This document shows positions 1 to 8,370 of a stretch of 14,325 nt of DNA, piece after piece. Each line of letters opens with the position of its first letter. The stretch's first letter is position 1. This DNA is from Octopus sinensis (taxonomy: Eukaryota): contig NW_021825848.1 of the NCBI RefSeq assembly GCF_006345805.1, positions 1 through 14,325 on the forward strand, written 5' to 3'. The notes beneath the pieces were generated by a model, which made no database searches, was not told where the DNA came from, and saw only the letters and a list, made by a program, of their open reading frames with translations. Position numbers and translations under genes: made by a program.

Positions 1-37
1 ACGGCTACATACCATGAGAGTCCCGTCGCGGTTAGGA

Positions 38-163
38 AAGAGACCAATAGAATAAGTACTGGGCTTACAAAAAGAATAAGTCCCGGGGGGTCGAGTGCTC
101 GATTAAGGCGGTGCTCCAGCATGGCCACAGTCAAATGACTGAAACAAGTAAAAGAGTAAAGAG
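38..163 (+). mobile_element. SINE family A, 3' tail fragment
   Basis: AAAGAGACCAATAGAATAAGTACTGGGCTTACAAA...GGTGCTCCAGCATGGCCACAGTCAAATGACTGAAACAAGTAAAAGAG is the reverse complement of the left ends of the full copies at 5487, 6858 and 9803. Confidence 0.9.
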
Positions 164-179
164 TATATATATATATATA

Positions 180-713
180 TAATGGACTCTCCCATCGCTA
201 GATGCCATATGAGGGTTCAGCAATTTCTTGGTGAACAACCACACAGACGATTCGTTTATAATGATCAAATTTTTGTGCTCGCATAAGTTCACTCCCTCCA
301 TCAAATTGATATTACCTATGCAGGTGTAACATGTGCCACATGTCAGATGATGAAATGATTGCAGAGCAATGTGAAATGAAGTATTTTGCTCAAGAACACA
401 ATGCAATGCTTGGGAATTGAAATCCTGATCTCAGGCAGCACCCTAACCACTATACCTATTTCTTTACTACCCACAAGGGGCTAAACACAGAGGGGACAAA
501 CAAAGACAGACAAACGGATTAAGTCGATTGTATCGACCCCAGTGCATAACTGGTACTTAATTTATCGACCCCGAAAGGATGAAAGGCAAAGTAGACCTCG
601 GTGGAATTTGAACTTAGAACGTAGCGGCAGACGAAATACAGCTACACATTTCGCCCGGCATGCTAACGCTTCTGCCAGCTCGCTGCCCTAACCACTATAC
701 CATGTGCCTTCAC
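180..713 (-). mobile_element. tRNA-headed SINE (family C-type head, different tail), interrupted by a family-B SINE
   Basis: With 457-688 and one TSD copy removed, the minus strand reads GTGAAGGCACATGGTATAGTGGTTAGGG...GATTTCAATTCCC...GTGTTCTTGAGCAAAATACTTCATTTCAC. This resembles the head at 5232 (GTGAAAGCGCGTGGCTTAGTGGTTAGGG...GTCCTTGACCAAGATACTTTATTCC). The extent of the tail to ~180 is from recall of the family. Confidence 0.75.
457..688 (-). mobile_element. SINE family B, full length, with TSD
   Basis: Reverse complement aligns end to end with 4147-4380. Flanked by identical CCCTAACCACTATACC at 441-456 and 686-701 (13-16 bp TSD, depending on where the 5' end is placed). Confidence 0.92.
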
Positions 714-819
714 ACATGCATGCACACATGCATCCATGTGCACACAGACAGTCACACACACACATATAATCAAACAAATTGCAATGAAGTTGGTGTTCTG
801 TGTTAGCAAGACTTGTATT

Positions 820-1280
820 ATGTTTAATCAATTTTGGGTTTGTTGCTGCCTCACTTTTCTGAAAGCTTAGCATCTGTGTAGTTCCATGTAACGTTTCAGA
901 GAACAAGCCGTAATGAAAACAGCTATAAAAAGAAACCAAACATGTGTTTGCTTCTCTCTGAAATCTGTGCACCTATCTTTCAGTGTCTGTCACATATGCA
1001 GCTTTTCCAGAGAACTTAAGTGACAATGGATGTGATTGAAATGGCTATAACAAGGGGCTGTCTTAGTTTGTCAAGAACTTATAACCTGTAATTCCATGCT
1101 TGCTACAAAATTCTATGTAACTTTTTCCTATTCCAGCCTTGGCCGGAAATTAAATTTGTGTTTCTTAGAGCAGCTTTGGATCCCCGATAGCTTTGCTCCT
1201 GTTTCAATGCCTGCATCATATTTCCATACAGCTTTTCTCCAAGACTCTTAGTGCTGGTGACTGTCAGTAAAACACCCAAA
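820..1280. repeat. Decayed tandem array, segment 1 (units ~90-140 bp)
   Basis: Recurrent motifs GAAAGCTTAG (861), TTCCAT (882, 1092, 1222), AAAACAGCTAT (916) / GAAATGGCTAT (1038), TTTCAGTGTCTGTCACAT (978) / TTTCAATGCCTGCATCAT (1202). The same motifs recur at 2075-2210 and 2905-3115. Confidence 0.6.
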
Positions 1281-1430
1281 CTAAGAAATATTTTCTTTGT
1301 TTACCATGTATATCACTGATGGTTCCAGCAGTACTGAATGACTATATTTGTTCTGTAGTGGTAGAGTCACCAGTAATACTCATGCTGTGAGTCAGTGTGG
1401 TAGTTTATATAGTGAACTAGAACATAAGTA

Positions 1431-1993
1431 TCTTTTATTTTTGACTTGTTTCAGTCATTAGACTGTGGCCAAGCTGGAGCATTGCCTTGAAGAATATTTC
1501 GTCGAATTAATCGATCCCAGTACTTTTTTAGCCTGGTACTTATCCTATCTTTACTGAACAACTCAGTAATGGGGACATAAACACACCAACACCGGTTATC
1601 AAGTAGTGGAGGTGGACAAACACACAAAGACATACACAGGTATATATATATATTATATAGAGGGCATTATTACACATAAATGCCACACGCTAGGAGGGAC
1701 TTTCAAAGTCATTACTACCAAAAATAAACGAATCGTACCGAATGCAGCTCTCGAAGCAAGACATTTAAAAACAGAATTTAGTTCCAGATCACCTGTGATT
1801 TCGCAAATATATATATATAGGTATATATATATATAAAGGTATATATATATATATGTGTGTATGTGGGCTTACAATGGGTATCTTTCAGTTTCTGTCTACC
1901 AAATTCACTCAGAAGGCTTTGGTTGGCCTGAGGCTATAGTAGAAAACACTTGCTCAAGGTACCATGCAGTGGAAGTGAACCTGGAATCATGGT
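1431..1993 (-). mobile_element. SINE family A, diverged, 5'-truncated, with an insertion in its TA tract
   Basis: TTGTTTCAGTCATTAGACTGTGGCCAAGCTGGAGCA... then CA/TA tract, then CTTTCAGTTTCTGTCTACCAAATTCACTCAGAAGGC...GAACCTGGAATCATG, colinear with copies at 5487, 6858 and 9803. Confidence 0.85.
1660..1807. mobile_element. Unclassified ~148-bp insertion inside the (TA)n tract of a SINE
   Basis: Non-repetitive sequence flanked on both sides by (TA)n and absent from the other family-A copies in the window. No TIR or TSD discernible. Confidence 0.55.
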
Positions 1994-2009
1994 ACGAAAT
2001 GGATTTGGT

Positions 2010-2245
2010 AGGCAAAGTGTTAAGTCTGCTTTTCTGTGCTTTTCTCTAAACCCTTACTGGTAGTGACTCTAAATAAAATGGCTAGAACAGGGAATTAAAT
2101 TTATGGTTTCTACTTCTGTACTCCAAAGACTTAGGACATATGTTTCAGTGCCTGCCACATGGCTTTATGTAGTTTCCTCCAAGACCGTTGACTGTTATTA
2201 AAATAGCTATGGTATGATAAAGAACTGAATTTATATATGTTAGCA
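2010..2245. repeat. Decayed tandem array, segment 2
   Basis: GGAATTAAATTTATGGTTTC (2091) vs GGAAATTAAATTTGTGTTTC (1145). TTTCAGTGCCTGCCACAT (2143) vs 978 (16/18 identical). AAAATGGCTA (2075) and AAAATAGCTA (2200) are 125 bp apart. Confidence 0.6.
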
Positions 2246-2501
2246 GCAGAAGCAGTGTTAATATTGAGAGGTAATATTTATTCCTTCTTAAATCTGGATG
2301 TTCTATAAGAACAAGCTATACTGCTGTAGCTACCACGAGAAAAACTCTCATATTGACTTTTGGGTGCAAAATGCTCTCTTGTTATTTACCAAGTGGGGAG
2401 ATAAATCCATGCTACCTCTGAAACCACCAGATCATGTGATTTCAACATTATTTGGTCCTGTCAATGATGGACACTCGACTGCTAGAAGTAGCAGCAATTC
2501 A

Positions 2502-2822
2502 CCCGTGCCAGTGGCACATAAAAAGCACCATCCGTTCATGGCCATTGCCAGCCTCACCTGGCCCCCGTGCCAGTGGCACATAAAAAGCACCATCCGATCA
2601 TGGCCGTTTGCCAGACTCGTTTGGTACCTGTGCCGGTGGCACGTAAAAAGCACCCACTACACTCATGGAGTGGTTGGCGCTAGGAAGGGCATCCAGCCGT
2701 AGAAACATTGCCAGATCAAACTGGGCCTGGTGCAGCCTTCTGGCTTCCCAGACCCCAGTTGAACCGTCCAACCCATGCTAGCATGGAAAGCGGACGCTAA
2801 ACAGTGATGATGATGATGATGA
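2502..2822 (+). mobile_element. SINE-like family D with (GAT)n tail and three tandem ~62-bp units
   Basis: Units start at 2502, 2564 and 2627 (CCCGTGCCAGTGGCACATAAAAAGCACC). Body GGAAGGGCATCCAGCCGTAGAAAC...CAACCCATGCTAGCATGG, then (GAT)n at 2806-2822. Reverse-strand relatives at 3954 and 6545. Confidence 0.88.
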
Positions 2823-2904
2823 GTGCCAGAACAGGTGCTGGTGTCATGATTAACCAACCTTTTAGCATCAACCACCCAGTTTCAGTGAGAAAATTGTAGA
2901 TGAG

Positions 2905-3120
2905 AGGGTATCAAGTCTTTGCTTGCTACCCCAGTTCTCTAAAAGCTTAGAGTCAGTGATTCAGACTCTAACTCAGAGTTCCATGCAGGTAGTCTAAAGA
3001 ACCCTAATAACTGTGGCAATAATTGAAACAGCTATTAAATGGAATAAGATATGTGGTTATTGCTACTTGGGTTTTCCAAAAGCCTAGTGTTTGCCACACC
3101 ATTCCATACAGGACATTTGG
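2905..3120. repeat. Decayed tandem array, segment 3 (two adjacent units, period ~135)
   Basis: TTGCTAC at 2923 and 3060. AAAAGCTTAG (2941) and AAAAGCCTAG (3078), 137 bp apart. GAAACAGCTAT at ~3026 matches 916. Confidence 0.6.
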
Positions 3121-3878
3121 CTTCATTTTGGATTTGATAACGAAAAAAAAAAATTCTTGAACATTTTTTGTTTTCTTCACACATTTTCAGACATAAATGC
3201 ACACAAACACACGTGGCCAAAATTCTGCTTAAATCAACATTGTTCACGCATCAAAGTAATGTCTTCATGGAAATAATTATAATTTGTCACAAATTAGTTC
3301 TTCAAAGATTATAAATTTTACAGCCATTACATGACTTGTCTGTGCATGTACACGGTGGGAGGGGAAGGACGGTAAAACGACTATTTGAAAACATTTTTTA
3401 AAATCATTTCATTTAATACTTTGTTATTATTATTTTTATATCAAGAGACAAATTATATTAGATTTCATAAAGAAGAATTAATACAAAACAAATCCTTTAA
3501 AAAGCAAAAAAAATATGTCAATAAAAAAAATAAATAAATTATCAATAGGTTATTATTAGAAGTTTGTATTGACAGATTTTTTCATTTCATTTTATTTCTT
3601 AATTTTTTTTTGTTTGTTTGTATATTTATTAGTTTTATGTGGTGTCTTCATTATAAATGGCTAATGTTTGCTTGATTTAAAAAAAAAATGGTTTTATTGT
3701 CTTTTATTTTTTATTTGATTTTTGTTTTGTTTTTGTTCATATTTTCATTGTGTGACACCTAAAGGCTCAGAAAAGAGAGAAAAGGAAGAGAGAGATAATG
3801 TGTAGTTTTAATGTTATCACAAAGAGAGAATAATAAAGGTCAGGCTAGGATTAGTAGGGGATAATAATAAATACACAT

Positions 3879-3879
<1 letters not shown>

Positions 3880-3919
<40 letters not shown>
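3880..3919. repeat. (CA)n microsatellite, ~20 units
   Basis: Direct reading. Confidence 0.97.
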
Positions 3920-3921
<2 letters not shown>

Positions 3922-3953
3922 TATACATATATATGCATACATGCATAACATAT

Positions 3954-4116
3954 ATCATCATCATTACATGTCTGTTTTCGATACTGGAATGGGTTGGATG
4001 GTTTACCAGGTGCACCAGGCTCCATTATTCATTTTGGCATGATTTCTATGGCTGGATGCCCTTCCTAACACCAACCAGTTTACTGTGTACTGGGTGCTTT
4101 TTATGTGGCACCAGGT
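3954..4116 (-). mobile_element. SINE-like family D, 3' portion
   Basis: (CAT)n start, GGGTTGGATGGTTT, TTTCTATGGCTGGATGCCCTTCCTAACACCAACCA, GGGTGCTTTTTATGTGGCAC: reverse complement of 2630-2822. Confidence 0.85.
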
Positions 4117-4146
4117 CCAATGCTTTACACACATATATACATAAAT

Positions 4147-4380
4147 AAGGCGGCGAGCTGGCAGAAACTTTAGCACGCCAGGCGAAATGCTTAGCGGGAT
4201 TTCGTCTGACGTTACGTTCTGAGTTCAAATTCCGCCGAGGTAGACTTTGCCTTTCATCCTTCCGGGGTCGATAAATAAAGTACCAGTTTCGCACTGGGGG
4301 TCGATGTAATCGACTTGATCCCTTTGTCTGTCCTTGTTTGTCCCCTCTATGTTTAGCCCCTTGTGGTTTGTAAAGAAATA
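4147..4380 (+). mobile_element. SINE family B, full length, with TSD
   Basis: AAGGCGGCGAGCTGGCAGAAAC head, B-box-like GAGTTCAAATTCC, end GTAAAGAAATA. Flanks TATATACATAAAT (4134-4146) and TATATACGTAAAT (4381-4393) give a 13-bp TSD with one mismatch. Confidence 0.92.
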
Positions 4381-4430
4381 TATATACGTAAATATGCTAT
4401 GTGCGTAACACACACACACATCAAGTGAGA

Positions 4431-4776
4431 GAGACATGGCTATGTGATTAAGAAGTTCGTTTTTCAGCCATGTAGCTATCACTGCATAGCACCAATGGGC
4501 TAGTGTCTTGTACAAACCTGAGTCAACCAATGTCTTGTGAGGGAATTTGGTAGACAGACGTCTGTTGTGTGTGTATATTTGTACTCTCTCCTCCACACTG
4601 CTTGACAACCAGCTTTGGTTTGTTTACATCCCAGTAAATTAGTTCAGCAAAAGAGACCAATAGAAAGAACCAGATTTAAATGAAAAAAAAAACCTAAGTA
4701 TAGTGGTTGATTTGTTTTAACTAATATCTTTCAAAGTAGTGCTCCAGCATGGCTTCAGTCCAATGACTGAAACAAA
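4431..4776 (+). mobile_element. SINE family A, old degenerate copy
   Basis: CATGGCTATGTGATTAAGAAG..., CCAATGTCTTGTGAGGGAATTTGGTAGACAGA, CTGCTTGACAACC, CAAAAGAGACCAATAGAA, GTGCTCCAGCATGGCTTCAGTCCAATGACTGAAACAA are colinear with family A. Confidence 0.8.
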
Positions 4777-5073
4777 TCTTTATATATAAAACTGAAGTTG
4801 TGTGTGTGAGAGTCTGTCTACTCCGATTTAGATTCCTAACTACTCCCACATTTTGCGGTGCAGTTTAACCTAAAGCGGGTATCTTATAGTCATGATTCAT
4901 ATTGAGCCCTTCTGAGTATTAGCGCGCGTCTACGATGATAAAAAAGTTTACCATCATTTTTTCGCAGTTTTAATGCATTTTTTGCTCGGTTTATATAAGG
5001 AAAGTAACTCTCTAAAAATGCTTATATAGTTATTTCCCTTACACACCCGAGCAATGCTGGGCGATACTGCTAG
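4777..5073 (+). mobile_element. Non-autonomous Helitron
   Basis: 5' TC (A|TCTTTATATATAAAAC), subterminal GC-rich hairpin CCCGAGCAATGCTGGG (5046-5061), 3' CTAG (5070-5073), inserted between A and T with no TSD. These are canonical Helitron termini. Confidence 0.85.
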
Positions 5074-5231
5074 TAAATAATAAAGCATAAAAGAACAATT
5101 AAAAAATTGCTTTCTTGCTTCAACCAAAACACTCTTCTGCAACCATAATTTTATGTTTGTTGGTCAAGATATGATGTCTGGATTAAAGATCAGAAATGGA
5201 ACATCTTTAGTCTTAGATTATAACTGGATCA

Positions 5232-5420
5232 GTGAAAGCGCGTGGCTTAGTGGTTAGGGTATTCAGGTCATGATCATAAAGCTGCAAGTTCAACTCCTGG
5301 TGATGCATCATGTCCTTGACCAAGATACTTTATTCCATGGTGCTCCAGTCCACTAAGCTGGCAAAAAATGAATAGTACCTGTAGTTCAAAGTGAGTCGCA
5401 GCATGACACATGATGTCATT
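5232..5420 (+). mobile_element. SINE family C, 5' portion
   Basis: A-box-like TGGCTTAGTGG, B-box-like GTTCAACTCC, and GTACCTGTAGTTCAAAG matching GTACCTGTATTTCAAAG at ~9451. Confidence 0.8.
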
Positions 5421-5486
5421 TCTTCCAATTTGCATGTTTGTGTTTCTAATGAATATACTATTCTGTAGCACTGTGCTTTCAATGTT

Positions 5487-5681
5487 ACTCTTTTACTCTT
5501 GTTTCAGTCATTTGACTGCGGCCATGCTGGAGCACCACCTTTAGTCGAGCAAATCGACCCCGGGACTTATTCTTTGTAAGCCCAGTACTTATTCCATCGG
5601 TCTCTTTTGCCGAACCGCTAAGTGACGGGGATGTAAACACACCAGCATCGGTTGTCAAGCAATGCTAGGGGGACAAACACA

Positions 5682-5735
<54 letters not shown>

Positions 5736-5909
5736 CATATATATGACAGGCTTCTTTCAGTTTCCGTCTACCAAATCCACTCACAAGGCATCGGTTGGCC
5801 CGGGGCTATAGCAGAAGACACTTGCCCAAGGTGCCACACAGTGGGACTGAACCCGGAACCATGTGGTTGGTTAGCAAGCTACTTACCACACAGCCACTCC
5901 TGTGCCTAT
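5487..5909 (-). mobile_element. SINE family A, full length
   Basis: Minus strand: tRNA-like head (TGGCTGTGTGG...GGTTCAGTCCC), body, internal (TA)n(TG)n tract, tail ending GAAACAAGAGTAAAAGAG. Colinear with 6858-7270 and 9803-10200. Confidence 0.95.
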
Positions 5910-6094
5910 ATTGTGTGGAATAAAAAAAAACCCTTGACAAACAGGTATGGGTTAGTGACACGAAGAGCGTCCAATGATAAAATACTGTCTCATACAAGTA
6001 CACATGAAACTTCTGCCATCATAGCAAAATGGATGTGAAATGAATGAATGTGCAAATATAGGCATGGATGTGTGTTTGTGAATACTTGTGTAAG

Positions 6095-6316
6095 CAGGAG
6101 TGGCTGTGTGGTAAGTAGCTTGCTAACCAACCACATGGTTCCGGTTCAGTCCCACTGCGTGACATCTTGGGCAAGTGTCTTCTGCTATAGCCCCGGGCCG
6201 ACCAATGCCTTGTGAGTGGATTTGGTAGACAGAAACTGAAAAGAAGCCTGTCGTATGTATATATATATATGTGTGTGTGTATGTGTGTGTGCTAGTGTGT
6301 CTGTGTTTGTCCCCCT
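6095..6316 (+). mobile_element. SINE family A, 5' half (left arm of palindrome)
   Basis: GCAGGAGTGGCTGTGTGG...GTTTGTCCCCCT. Stops at the CTAG found at 5654-5657 in the intact copy. Confidence 0.93.
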
Positions 6317-6336
6317 AGGGGGACAAACACAGACAC

Positions 6337-6369
<33 letters not shown>

Positions 6370-6544
6370 CACATATACGTCAGGCTTCTTTCAGTTTCCG
6401 TCTACCAAATCCACTCACAAGGCATTGGTCAGCCCGGGGCTATAGTAGAAGACACTTGCCCAAGATGTCACGCAGTGGGACTGAACCCGGAACCATGTGG
6501 TTGGTTAGCAAGCTACTTACCACACAGCCACTCCTGCGCCTATA
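6317..6544 (-). mobile_element. SINE family A, 5' half (right arm of palindrome)
   Basis: AGGGGGACAAACACAGAC...CACAGCCACTCCTGCGCCTATA, reverse complement of 6095-6316. Confidence 0.93.
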
Positions 6545-6787
6545 CATCATCATCATCATCATTTAATGCCTGTTGCCCATGCTGGCAGGGGTTGGACAGT
6601 TTGACTGGAGCTGGTAAGCTGGAAGGTCGTACTGGACTCCAGTTTGATTTGGCATGGTTTTCTATGGCTGGATGCCCTTCTTAACACCAACCACTTTGAG
6701 AGTGTAATGGGTGCTTTTACATGCCACCGGCACGGTTGCCATTTGTGTGACACCAGTATCTGCTACGACTGCGAGTTTGCTCGGCTT
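6545..6787 (-). mobile_element. SINE-like family D
   Basis: (CAT)n start, CCCATGCTGGCAGGGGTTGGACAGTTTGAC, TTTCTATGGCTGGATGCCCTTCTTAACACCAACCAC, GGGTGCTTTTACATGCCACCGGCACGG. Confidence 0.85.
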
Positions 6788-6857
6788 CTTACAAACTATG
6801 TAATATATGAACGCTGCAGTAAAAAACAAGTCGAACAACATTCACAGGATACTCTCT

Positions 6858-7270
6858 CTCTTTTACTCTTTTACTTGTTTCAGTCATTTGACTGCGGCCA
6901 TGCTGGAGCACCACCTTTAATCGAGCAACTTGACCCGGGACTTATTCTTTGTAAGCCCAGTACTTATTCTATCGGTCTCTTTTGTCGGACCGCTAAGTGA
7001 TGGGGACATAAACACACCAGCATCGGTTGTCAAGCAATGCTAGGGGGACAAACACAGACACTCAAACACACACGCACATATATATATATATATATACATA
7101 TATACGACGGGCTTCTTTCAGTTTCTGTCTACCAAATCCACTCACAAGGCTTTAGTCGGCCCGAGGCTATAGTAGAAGACACTTGCCCAAGGTGCCACGC
7201 AGTGGGACTGAACCTGGAACCATGTGGTTGGTAAACAAACTACTTACCACACAGCCACTCCTGCGCCTAT
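6858..7270 (-). mobile_element. SINE family A, full length
   Basis: Colinear with 5487-5909 along its whole length. Confidence 0.95.
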
Positions 7271-7841
7271 GATTATAAAAATAATTTTCTACATTATGGT
7301 GTCTCTAAATTCATGCTAATATCTCAAATAAGAACGTTTTACAAGCTCAACATTCATAGAATCTTCTAGATGTCATACAATGTACAACAAATTCAACTTG
7401 GAAATCAATTCAGCTCAAAATATCAGTGATAGAATCATTGGTGACAGATGGACTGAAATTAGATGTTAAATGAAACTGCTCTACAAAGAGAATATACACA
7501 TCTCTGAAAAATAGGTAAAAAAAAACAAAAAAAAAAAACATAATTGTATTTAAGAAAAAAAATTCCAAGGAATAATATGCACACATTAAAATGTGTCTAT
7601 TCATTCTCTGCATTAGCAGAAATGCTGCCTTCCAGGCAGTTTTTGGCTTATTATTAAATATTTACACATTTGATTCTAAATTAGTGAAATTTTCTGATTA
7701 TGTTACAACTAATTCTCCTTTGTATCCTTTATTCATCAAATAGCACTCACTCACTCAAAGATAACATTAGAATTTACAAAGAAATCAGATATTATATTCA
7801 CTTGACTTAGCCATGTAACAGTCTTCAGATTATCATATATT

Positions 7842-8059
7842 CAAGGTGGGAGCTGAGAAGTTCCTGGCTTCAGGTAACAGAAAATACAGGAGGATCAGTT
7901 AATTAGGATTTTATTCAAAAGACTCCCCTTCTCAGATTGACACACATATTGCAGTAGTCCTAAGTTTTTCTAATCCCTGTAAAAAAACTCAGAAGGTTGG
8001 GGTTCCAACCAGGCCCTTTGCAATACCCTTAAAACCAGGAACTTTTCAGCACTCCCTTG
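7842..8059. mobile_element. Tc1/mariner-type MITE (~218 bp)
   Basis: Imperfect ~29-bp TIRs: CAAGGTGGGAGCTGAGAAGTTCCTGGCTT and reverse complement of AAAACCAGGAACTTTTCAGCACTCCCTTG. TA follows the right end; the left flank reads TT. No ORF. Confidence 0.8.
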
Positions 8060-8084
8060 TATATATATGTGTGTGTGTGTGTAT

Positions 8085-8330
8085 GTCTCGCCTTCACCTT
8101 CGAAATGTAGAGTAGATGAAACCATGGCGACTGAAGAAGGGGTTTTTTCCTTGTGTTATTTGTCCTGTACTCTATTTTTATTTTGTTGTTTAAGAAAAAT
8201 GTCCAGTTCCTTGGGTTTGTGTCTATGTTTTCGTTTCTCATTGTGTTCAACGTTTTTTTGGTGTCCTGTACTCATATATGCGTGTATATATGCATGTAGA
8301 GGTAGGTACGTACATATATGTATATATATA
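8085..8330. repeat. Probable unclassified interspersed repeat between simple-repeat tracts
   Basis: Bounded by (TG)n and (TA)n. Resembles an octopus repeat from memory only; no second copy in the window. Confidence 0.3.
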
Positions 8331-8370
8331 TGCATATGTTTTATTTATTAATATATTATATATATATATA

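Noticed and set aside
1100-1300. Minus-strand peptide (KIFLSLGVLL..TKSLGEKLYGN..QALK; SWRKAVW) faintly like the C-terminal part of an RTE-type reverse transcriptase
   Set aside because: No catalytic motif, needs several frameshifts, and the DNA is better explained as one unit of the decayed tandem array.
2502-2655. Regularly spaced repeats suggestive of a CRISPR array
   Set aside because: The whole 62-bp unit is repeated, including the would-be spacer. It lies inside a eukaryotic SINE-like element and there are no cas genes.
2298-2702. 134-aa ORF
   Set aside because: The second half is the three tandem units of a family-D repeat and the first half has no recognisable domain.
6095-6170. tRNA-like A/B boxes (also at 4147, 5232, 9276)
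   Set aside because: These are SINE heads; no complete cloverleaf and each continues into a repeat body.
4046-7234. Several 60-128-aa ORFs with recurring peptides (e.g. LSVSVYQIHSQG, LNPEPCGW)
   Set aside because: They are read-throughs of SINE copies; the same peptides recur wherever the SINE does.
7370-7540. Possible exon (plus-strand AG at ~7369 to GT at 7515; minus-strand acceptor at 7504-7506)
   Set aside because: All plus-strand frames contain stops, and the minus-strand frame ends after 30 codons with no recognisable peptide or donor.
8128-8155. CTGAAGA followed by a small hairpin (hammerhead-like)
   Set aside because: No GAAA follows the hairpin, so the core is incomplete.
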